Shown here piece after piece: positions 56,872-64,000 of a DNA stretch of 64,000 bases (its first letter is position 1; each line of letters opens with the position of its first letter). The notes beneath the pieces were generated by a model that was given only the letters and a program-made list of their open reading frames with translations, was not told the origin of the DNA and ran no database searches. This stretch comes from Candidatus Culexarchaeum nevadense (GTDB lineage Archaea > Thermoproteota > Methanomethylicia > Culexarchaeales > Culexarchaeaceae). Made by a program: the position numbers and the translations under genes. The stretch spans positions 5,629-69,628 of the forward strand of contig JANZKA010000002.1 in the NCBI GenBank assembly GCA_025060975.1, in the 5' to 3' direction.

Positions 56872-58248
56872 GTGTCTCATCATGAATTGGTGAAAGCTAT
56901 AGATGAATCTTCTTCGGAAATAGTTTCCTTCCTTAGATCCATAATTAGGTTTAATACTGTTAATCCGCCTGGGAATGAGCTTCCTTTGGCTCAGTACATA
57001 TATGATTACATGTCCCGTGAGGGGGTGGACTGTGAGGTTATTGAGTCTGGGGATGGTAGGGGGAATGTGATTGCAAGACTCCCCGGTGAAGATGACTCTA
57101 AACGCCTCTTATACCTTTCGCATTTGGATGTAGTTCCAGCAGTTAATGCTTCACTTTGGAGTCATGACCCATTTTCTGGGGATGTTGAGGGGGATTGGAT
57201 ATATGGTAGAGGGGCATTGGATTGTAAGAGTCTTGTTACAGCTGAAGCTTTCTCCTTAATAATGCTTAAACGTTTAGGGGTTAAACCGAAGTACACTTTG
57301 ATTTTTGCTTCTACAGCTGATGAGGAGGCTGGTGGCTGGAGGGGGATTGGGTGGATTGTATCAAAATTCCCGGAGAAGGTTAAAGCTGATTATGTGATTA
57401 ATGAGGGGGGTGGCTTAGCTATTAGGGGGAGGGGTGGAAGAGTCATTTATCTTGTGGATGTATGTGAGAAGGGGTATTGTAATGTTAAGATTAGGATTTC
57501 AGGTAAGGGTGGACATTCTTCAACACCATATACAAATGGGAATGCATTATACTTGATGGGCTTAGCTATTAAGAGGCTTTATGAGTATAATCCTCCAATG
57601 TATAGGTTTAGCTTGGTGGAAGAGTCTGTTAAGAGAGTTTTTGAGGGATTAGCTGGACTTCCTGGATCTATAGTTGCACGAATGCTTTTTTCACCAATGC
57701 GTCCATTAGCTTTGAAGGTTATTTCAAGATTTAATCCTAACATTAATAGATTTCTTAAATCTTTAATGGGTTTAACTATTGCTCCAACAATTGCGAATAG
57801 TGGTGAGAAGGAGAATGTTATTCCAAGCTTAGCTGAACTGGTGGTTAATTGTAGACTTCTACCAGGTCAAGATGATAAGTATGTTTTATCTGTGATTAGG
57901 GATGCATTGTCTGGTATTGGTGGGTTTGAAGTTGAGATTTTAGGTTGGTTTCCAGCTTCCTATTCTGATATTGATTTGAAATTCTTTAATTCCATGGAGT
58001 CTACTTTAAAGCTGTTAATGCCAAATATTGATGTTAGATTAGCTCCATTTGTCATGCCTGGCTCTTCTGATAGTAGGTTTCTACGTAGTCTTGGAGCTAA
58101 AGTATACGGTTTTTCTCCTATGAATCCAAATCTTAATTATGGTGAGTTGATGAATCTAGCTCATGGAGTTAATGAGAAGATTGATGTTAATAGCTTATTG
58201 CTTTCCACGAAGTTTTTATCAGTTCTCCCATTAATCATGAATATCTAA
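56872..58248 (+). CDS. M20-family peptidase (ArgE/DapE/ACY1/CPG2 type)
   Basis: LSHLDVVP, TADEEAGG, INEGGG. 458 aa. GTG start. Confidence 0.85.
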   Translation: MSHHELVKAIDESSSEIVSFLRSIIRFNTVNPPGNELPLAQYIYDYMSREGVDCEVIESGDGRGNVIARLPGEDDSKRLLYLSHLDVVPAVNASLWSHDPFSGDVEGDWIYGRGALDCKSLVTAEAFSLIMLKRLGVKPKYTLIFASTADEEAGGWRGIGWIVSKFPEKVKADYVINEGGGLAIRGRGGRVIYLVDVCEKGYCNVKIRISGKGGHSSTPYTNGNALYLMGLAIKRLYEYNPPMYRFSLVEESVKRVFEGLAGLPGSIVARMLFSPMRPLALKVISRFNPNINRFLKSLMGLTIAPTIANSGEKENVIPSLAELVVNCRLLPGQDDKYVLSVIRDALSGIGGFEVEILGWFPASYSDIDLKFFNSMESTLKLLMPNIDVRLAPFVMPGSSDSRFLRSLGAKVYGFSPMNPNLNYGELMNLAHGVNEKIDVNSLLLSTKFLSVLPLIMNI

Positions 58249-58706
58249 TCTTCCTCCCCCATTACTTCCATTAGTATGCTTATCACGTCTTCAACGAATT
58301 TCATGCAAAGCTTCTCTTTCACTCTCTCCATCTTAAATCTCTCTCTATCTTCAGATCTACTCAACTTTAATCCTATGAGTTTCTCGCATTCTATCTCCCC
58401 ATTCCTATTCTTGAATTCCATTATCAGTTTTTGCACTTTCCCTATGCATTGTTCATATTTTTCAGTATCATTTGGGTTTAATCTACCATATATTAATCCA
58501 ATAATCATAACTCCCCCACTTATGGCTCCACACACATTCCCCATTCTGCCAATTCCCGCGGAGAATCCTGTGGCTATTTTTGGTATAATTTTTGTTTTGA
58601 TCTTTAAGTATTTGCTAATAGCTAGTATGATGGATTCTGAGCATGTGTATCCTAAAATCATATTACTTAACGCTTCTTTCGTAATCCTTTTCTCATGTTT
58701 TTTCAT
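58245..58706 (-). CDS. C_GCAxxG_C_C-family protein
   Basis: YTCSES .. NVCGAISGG .. ECEKL .. CMKF spacing matches the C-GCAxxG-C-C pattern. Confidence 0.7.
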   Translation of the reverse strand: MKKHEKRITKEALSNMILGYTCSESIILAISKYLKIKTKIIPKIATGFSAGIGRMGNVCGAISGGVMIIGLIYGRLNPNDTEKYEQCIGKVQKLIMEFKNRNGEIECEKLIGLKLSRSEDRERFKMERVKEKLCMKFVEDVISILMEVMGEED

Positions 58707-58780
58707 GATTTAATCCTCCATAATCCATGAGTAGTTAACTATAATTAGTTTTAAGAGGGTATAATTTTTTTGGATGTGTT

Positions 58781-60172
58781 ATGTTCCAGTTAAGTGATGT
58801 TTTGAGTATTATGGATGAAGCTTTTAAGAGGGGGGTTGAGTCTGATTTCACTGAGATTAGGTTTCATAGGAGGCGTGAATTATCGGTTATTGTTAGGAAT
58901 GGCGAAGTAGAGAGGGTTGGTGAAGGGTTTATTTCAGGTTTTTGTGCTAGGAGTCTTGTTGATGGTGTATGGGGTTTCTCTTCTACAACTGAGATTTCTA
59001 GTGATAGTGTTAAATCCATTATTGAGCTTTCTATAAAGTCTGCTAAAGCTCTTCTTGGGCGTAGTGTTAGGAGGGTTAAATTGAAGGATAGGAAGACGTT
59101 TAGGGATACATATGTTACACCGATGAAGAAGGATCCATTGAATGTAAATGTTGAGGATATGGTTAGGGAGTGTCTTGAAGTCCATAAATTCGTTAGAAGT
59201 ATATCTCCACTAATAACTCTAGATTCTATTAACATGGGGATTGTTGATGATTATCACGTATACTCTAGTAGTGATGGATCTTTCATAATTCAGAGGATTG
59301 TTAGATGTTCTGGTGGATGTTCTGTTACAGCTAGAGAAGCTGGGAATATCGCCACTGGCTATGAGAGTGTTGGGGCGCAATCTGGTATGGAGATTTTTGA
59401 GGAAACCCCATTAATTGGTGCTGCTGAGATTGCTGCTAAACGTGCAGTTAGACTTGTTAATGCAAAACTTCCCAAGGGGGGTTATCATACTGTCGTCTTG
59501 GATAAAGATATAGTTGGTTTATTGGCACATGAAGCTGTTGGTCACACAGCTGAAGCTGATCTAGTCTACTCTGGAAGTTATCTTGCTGGGAAGATTGGTG
59601 TGAAGATAGTTTCCACATTGATAACGTTGGTTGATGATGGTAGATTTGAAAGAGGGTTTGGAACTATGATGTATGATGATGAGGGTACACCCACACAAAA
59701 AACGGTTATAATTGATAGGGGTGTTTGTAGTGGATATTTACATTCAAGGGAAACTGCTTATGAAATGGGGTTTGAGCCTACTGGGAATGCTAGGGCTTGG
59801 ACCTTCGAATATGACCCCATAATTAGAATGAGGAATACGTATATTGAAGCTGGGGATCATGAATTTGAGGAGCTACTTGAAGATGTGGATTACGGTTATC
59901 TACTTATTGGTGGTAGGGGTGGTCAAGCGGATTCTACTGGTGAATTCATGTTTGGAGTTCAAGAGGCTGTTGAGATAAAGAATGGAGAACTTGGTGAGCA
60001 TTATAGGGGGGTTACAATTAGTGGAAATGCCTTTGAAGTTTTAGGACTTGTGGATGCTGTTGGAAAGGATTTCACTTTAAGGAGGGGGATGTGTGGTAAG
60101 GAGCAGCCAAACTATGTTGGTATGGGTGGACCAAGTCTTAGAACCAAGATAATTATTGGTGGGAGAGGGTGA
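58781..60172 (+). CDS. tldD: TldD-family metalloprotease
   Basis: HEAVGH zinc motif (LAHEAVGHTAEAD). 463 aa. Followed by its paralogue. Confidence 0.88.
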   Translation: MFQLSDVLSIMDEAFKRGVESDFTEIRFHRRRELSVIVRNGEVERVGEGFISGFCARSLVDGVWGFSSTTEISSDSVKSIIELSIKSAKALLGRSVRRVKLKDRKTFRDTYVTPMKKDPLNVNVEDMVRECLEVHKFVRSISPLITLDSINMGIVDDYHVYSSSDGSFIIQRIVRCSGGCSVTAREAGNIATGYESVGAQSGMEIFEETPLIGAAEIAAKRAVRLVNAKLPKGGYHTVVLDKDIVGLLAHEAVGHTAEADLVYSGSYLAGKIGVKIVSTLITLVDDGRFERGFGTMMYDDEGTPTQKTVIIDRGVCSGYLHSRETAYEMGFEPTGNARAWTFEYDPIIRMRNTYIEAGDHEFEELLEDVDYGYLLIGGRGGQADSTGEFMFGVQEAVEIKNGELGEHYRGVTISGNAFEVLGLVDAVGKDFTLRRGMCGKEQPNYVGMGGPSLRTKIIIGGRG

Positions 60173-60178
60173 AGCAAT

Positions 60179-61525
60179 ATGTCTTCAACTTTTGAGATAG
60201 CTGAAAAGGCTGTTAGGATTACTTGTAATATGGGTGCAAATGAAGCTGAAGCTTATGTTGAGCGTAGAAAGGTTTTAGAGGTTTTCTTGGAGCGTAATGA
60301 CTTTAAAACTGTTAGGGTAAAATGGCATGTTGGTATAGGTGTTAGAGCAGTATACAGTAAGAGGGTTGGATTCTCGTATGCTTCAAGCTTGACATCTTCA
60401 AGTGTGGAGGAAGTTTGTAAAGCATCTTTTAAAAATGCTAAGCTGTCACCTGAATTGAAGGATTGGGTTTCTCTACCGAGCCCTATGCCTCTACCAAGAG
60501 TTGAAGGTACCTTCTGCAATGAAATTGCTAATCTATCTGAATTTCAGCTTGTAGATCTGGCTAGGAGGGGGTATGAAGCTATATTTGAAGCTGATAAGAG
60601 GGCTAGATGTGATGATGGCAAGATATCTGCAATCATTGAGGAAACTGTTATAGCTAATAGTAATGGGATTCTGGTTGGGGAGGAGGGGACTGCAATTAGT
60701 GGTTATATTGTTTGTGTGGCTTCTGAGGCTGGTAAGACTTCAAGTTTCGCCAGCAGTAGTGGTAATGCTAGGATGCTATCGCAATTTAAACCTGAAGATA
60801 TTGGGCGTGAAGCTGCATTGCTCGCGGTTAGATCTCTTAATCCACGTAAGATTGGATCCTTTAAGGGTAAAGTATTGCTGGAATGGATGCCAGTTACAAG
60901 TATAATACTTCCAGTGATTGGTTTTAGTGTTAATGCTGACATGGTTCAGAGAAAGAGTAGTTTGTGGACTGGAAAGATCGGTGAACGTGTATGCTCAAGT
61001 AATATAAGTATTGTGGATAATGGAACTATCCCTGGAGGTATGGCTACATCTAGATTTGATGGTGAAGGTGTGGCTAGGAGAATTACCCCAATAATATCTA
61101 ATGGCGTCTTGGAGAATTACATTTACGATTCATATACTGCATTCAAGGAGTCTAAGGAGAGTACTGGTAATGCTGGTAGAGCATCTTATGCTTCCATGCC
61201 ATCAATATCATTTTCAAATGTCATTTTCAATGAGGGGTTGAAGAGTGTTGATGAACTCGTTTCAGAAGTGGATAAAGGTTTATTGGTTGGTAGGTTTAGT
61301 GGAAATGTGGAGCCTGCGTCTGGAATTTTCTCTGGAACTGTTAAACAGAGTGTGTATATTGAGAATGGTGAGGTTAAGTTTGCAGTTGAGGAAGTCATGA
61401 TATCTGGAAATGTATTTCAACTTTTAAGTGGAAATGTGATTTTGGGGAAGCCTAGAAGGATGCTTGGAGGTGCACATGTCCCCCCAATCTTGCTGGAAGA
61501 TGTGAACGTAATATCCAAAACATAA
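60179..61525 (+). CDS. pmbA: PmbA/TldE-family protease subunit
   Basis: TldD paralogue without the HExxH motif, sitting 6 nt downstream of tldD. 448 aa. Confidence 0.82.
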   Translation: MSSTFEIAEKAVRITCNMGANEAEAYVERRKVLEVFLERNDFKTVRVKWHVGIGVRAVYSKRVGFSYASSLTSSSVEEVCKASFKNAKLSPELKDWVSLPSPMPLPRVEGTFCNEIANLSEFQLVDLARRGYEAIFEADKRARCDDGKISAIIEETVIANSNGILVGEEGTAISGYIVCVASEAGKTSSFASSSGNARMLSQFKPEDIGREAALLAVRSLNPRKIGSFKGKVLLEWMPVTSIILPVIGFSVNADMVQRKSSLWTGKIGERVCSSNISIVDNGTIPGGMATSRFDGEGVARRITPIISNGVLENYIYDSYTAFKESKESTGNAGRASYASMPSISFSNVIFNEGLKSVDELVSEVDKGLLVGRFSGNVEPASGIFSGTVKQSVYIENGEVKFAVEEVMISGNVFQLLSGNVILGKPRRMLGGAHVPPILLEDVNVISKT

Positions 61526-61571
61526 AATTTTTGTTTTTATTTTGTGGGATAGTTAATTGTAGTGTTTAGTC

Positions 61572-62054
61572 ATGTTTACAATACATATCTTGAATGTTAA
61601 GGATTGGTTTAACTTTCTAAATGAGTTTGCAGCTTTTTTGAAGAGTGATGAGTTTCTAAAAGCATCTAGATTTTCAGAGGTTAATTTGAAAATGCGTTTC
61701 CATGGGACTCTACTATTGGATGTTGATGGTGTTAAGAGTGTTGGGGATTTCGAGTATTGGGATATTTATGGTGATGGTGCTCCAATAGGATATCTTGAAG
61801 TTGCATATATGGATCAGCATTTCTTCGCTCTCTCCGTTGAGGCTATAGATGCACTTCTAAGTGATGATGAGTTGAAGGATTTCATGTTGAGTGGAGCGAG
61901 CTGGGCTTCACCGGTTGCGCCAATATCACTTTCACTAACATTTAATGTTTCTGATGATGTTAAGAGGTTAATTGGTAATTTTGTTTCAAATTATCGTGAT
62001 GATTACCCGAATAATATTGCTAGGAAGTTTGTTCCAAGAGCTGTTATATGTTAA
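61572..62054 (+). CDS. hypothetical protein (160 aa)
   Basis: ATG-initiated ORF with composition typical of plus-strand genes. No family recognised. Confidence 0.45.
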   Translation: MFTIHILNVKDWFNFLNEFAAFLKSDEFLKASRFSEVNLKMRFHGTLLLDVDGVKSVGDFEYWDIYGDGAPIGYLEVAYMDQHFFALSVEAIDALLSDDELKDFMLSGASWASPVAPISLSLTFNVSDDVKRLIGNFVSNYRDDYPNNIARKFVPRAVIC

Positions 62055-62059
62055 TCCCA

Positions 62060-62899
62060 CTATATTTTTATCCACTTTAAACCCACTTCTTCAAGGTATC
62101 TTATCGTCATATCCCTATGCCTCTTATTAAGACCCTTCCAATCTATTAATGCGTATTCCACTTTCTCATCATTCCTTTCCACAGCCATTTTAAGTTCTCT
62201 CGTGGTTATGTTATCGTATACATATTCTGGTATTATATGTCCAATGGCGTATTCTGTTTCAAGGGTTTTCTTTGTGAAGGATGGTGCATAGTGTGGGCCT
62301 CCGAATCCCACTGCTATCTTAAAATCTTCCTTATTATCAATTTCCTTTGAAACGTTCATTATTGCTTCAGATAATATACGTGCTGCATATTCATCTTTCC
62401 AATTCTCTTCTCTACTCCCAAGTTCCACGAATATTGTTGGTGTGTTATGTATGCTTGGTCCATGATGGGTTACTTCTAATCCTACTTTATATCCTTCAAG
62501 CATACTTTCAGCTTTGAGTTTACTTAGCCAATTCAGCATCCTTTTTATTGTTGATGGTGAGGATACTGCTATGCTTCTAGGCTTTCCACCCATGCTTGTA
62601 TCTTCAGTCCAGTTTCCTGGAGTGTGAGTTAATAGTGCAGGTATTCCGCTTTCTGAGGAATGTCTTGATGCAAATATGAATATTCTTGCTTTGAATATTT
62701 CTTCTAGATTCTCTGCGTAGATTGAGTCTGTGGGTATATCTACTATCAATGCATCTACATCTCTATCGTGATATGCGTATCCAAATCCAATGTTCTTTTC
62801 ACTTAATTTATGATTCTCCAGTATTCTCATCTTTATGTTTTGTGCAGCAATATCCACTTTTGATGTGAATACTATGATTTTAGCTTCAATTTTCTGCAT
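62060..62899 (-). CDS. dtdA: archaeal-type D-aminoacyl-tRNA deacylase (DTD2)
   Basis: ..FASRHSSESG..LLTHTPGNW..GLEVTHHGPS..FVELGS..GGPHYAP.. is characteristic of DtdA. 279 aa. Confidence 0.8.
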   Translation of the reverse strand: MQKIEAKIIVFTSKVDIAAQNIKMRILENHKLSEKNIGFGYAYHDRDVDALIVDIPTDSIYAENLEEIFKARIFIFASRHSSESGIPALLTHTPGNWTEDTSMGGKPRSIAVSSPSTIKRMLNWLSKLKAESMLEGYKVGLEVTHHGPSIHNTPTIFVELGSREENWKDEYAARILSEAIMNVSKEIDNKEDFKIAVGFGGPHYAPSFTKKTLETEYAIGHIIPEYVYDNITTRELKMAVERNDEKVEYALIDWKGLNKRHRDMTIRYLEEVGLKWIKI

Positions 62900-62936
62900 T
62901 GCTCATCGACTTGCCATTATATTGTGATTTGTATAT

Positions 62937-64000
62937 TTAAATCATTTTACCAGTTCTGTAAAGTCTTGGGAATGGAGTCGCATCTCTTATGTGATCTAGT
63001 TTGCATATCCACCATGTCAATCTATCTATCCCCATTCCAAATCCTGCATGGGGTACAGATCCGTATCTCCTTAGATCTATATACCAATCGTAGTTTTCTG
63101 GATCGAAACCCTCCCCCCTTATCCTTTCAATTAGTTTTTCTATGTTGTCTTCTCTCTCCCCTCCAGTGGCCATTTCACCATAACCTTCTGGTGCAAGTAG
63201 GTCTACAGTTGCACCCATACCGCTTTTATCTTTTAATTCCTTAACATAGAATGGCTTGTACTTCAATGGGTATCCAACTAGGAATATTGGTTTGTTATGC
63301 TTTTTGGTTAAGATGTATTCTTCATCTCCCCCTATTTCATCTCCGATCTCTATATTTACCCCCTCTCTTTTTAGCTCCATTATAGCTTCTTCATAGCTTA
63401 TCCTTTTGAATGGTGGTTCTATTTCCAAGAGTTCCTCTGGATTTCTGTTTAGAAGTTTAAGTTCGTATTGGCATTTCTCTGCCACTGAGCGACATATATG
63501 TGAAACTAGTTCTTCTTCTAGTTTCATTAGTTCATCTAAGTTCATCCATGCTGCTTCGGCTTCAAGGTGCCAGAATTCCGCTAGATGTCTTCTAGTCCTT
63601 GACTTTTCAGCTCTGAAGGATGGTGCTAGGCACCAAACTTTCTCGTATGTGAATATCATTATCTCCAAGTATAGTTGTGAGCTTTGTGTTAAGTATGCTG
63701 GTATATCGAAGTAGTCTATTTTGAATAGTGTTGCTCCCCCTTCACATGCTGTTGTAACTATTATTGGTGGTGAGACTTCCACGTACCCATTGTTTATGAA
63801 GTATTCTCTGCTGGCTCTGAGTATTTCGCTTCTAACTCTGAATATTGCTTGGTATCTTTGTCCTCTTACTGCTAGATGTCTCTTTTCCATTAAAGTTTCT
63901 GGGGAATGCTCCTTTTTACCAAGTGGGTATGGTGTTTCCGCTAAGTGTACTATTTCTATTCCATTAACTACGAATTCTCTACCTCTTGGAGCTCTATCTT
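62937..64000 (-). CDS. asnS: asparaginyl-tRNA synthetase (class IIb; 5' end outside window)
   Basis: FRAEKSRTRRHLAEFWHLEAE (motif 2 region) and YGSVPHAGFGMGIDRL (motif 3), AsnRS-like rather than AspRS-like. The frame stays open upstream of the first ATG to the window edge (..FVVNGIEIVHLAETPYPLGKKEHSPETL-MEKRHL..). Confidence 0.75.
   Translation of the reverse strand, partial: DRAPRGREFVVNGIEIVHLAETPYPLGKKEHSPETLMEKRHLAVRGQRYQAIFRVRSEILRASREYFINNGYVEVSPPIIVTTACEGGATLFKIDYFDIPAYLTQSSQLYLEIMIFTYEKVWCLAPSFRAEKSRTRRHLAEFWHLEAEAAWMNLDELMKLEEELVSHICRSVAEKCQYELKLLNRNPEELLEIEPPFKRISYEEAIMELKREGVNIEIGDEIGGDEEYILTKKHNKPIFLVGYPLKYKPFYVKELKDKSGMGATVDLLAPEGYGEMATGGEREDNIEKLIERIRGEGFDPENYDWYIDLRRYGSVPHAGFGMGIDRLTWWICKLDHIRDATPFPRLYRTGKMI

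Noticed and set aside
1-64000. Scan for CRISPR arrays, tandem repeats, tRNA/rRNA genes, and transposase or integrase genes.
   Set aside because: By eye I saw no regularly spaced direct repeats, no GC-rich cloverleaf-like segments in any intergenic gap (all gaps are short and AT-rich), and no ORF with recombinase or transposase motifs. A computational scan (tRNAscan-SE, Infernal, a CRISPR finder) would be needed for certainty.

Overview
This is a densely coding, AT-rich segment, roughly 35-40% G+C from hand-counted lines. I read it as chromosomal DNA of a probably thermophilic archaeon. Archaeal markers include F420-dependent methylene-H4MPT dehydrogenase (Mtd), archaeal-type D-aminoacyl-tRNA deacylase (DTD2/DtdA), a ThrRS-type editing domain, a pantoate-kinase-like GHMP kinase, an AEP primase-like protein, HypA with an Mrp/MinD-type partner, and TATA-like AT boxes with GGTGA-type ribosome-binding sites. 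I support about 64 protein genes on both strands. They cover three aminoacyl-tRNA synthetases (MetRS, TrpRS, AsnRS partial), four free-standing homologues of aaRS editing domains, C1/folate genes (fhs, folD, mtd, 5-formyl-THF cyclo-ligase), nitrogen and arginine metabolism (glnA-lrp, argG-argH, arcC), hydrogenase maturation (hypD, hypA, Mrp-type hypB), a heterodimeric ABC exporter, and many peptidases and amidohydrolases (M20 x2, M28, S58/DmpA, D-aminoacylase, TldD/PmbA, NfeD). I saw no rRNA, tRNA, CRISPR array, transposase, integrase or obvious defence island. I did not find a clear self-contained novel system. The best leads are: (1) THF-type and H4MPT-type C1 genes sharing one divergent promoter, with folD lacking any canonical start codon; (2) a zinc-knuckle-less AEP/PrimPol-like protein with an unknown C-terminal half; (3) a thioredoxin-reductase-like flavoprotein that has lost its NADPH motifs and is fused to a GNAT domain; (4) a 140-aa free-standing ThrRS editing domain; (5) a kinase-fold protein with a substituted catalytic Asp, embedded in a D-amino-acid/peptide-type hydrolase cluster; (6) a Toprim + DUF763(HhH) pair; (7) a strong strand-specific A/T asymmetry that appears to reach amino-acid composition. 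All family calls come from motif recognition by eye, since no searches could be run.
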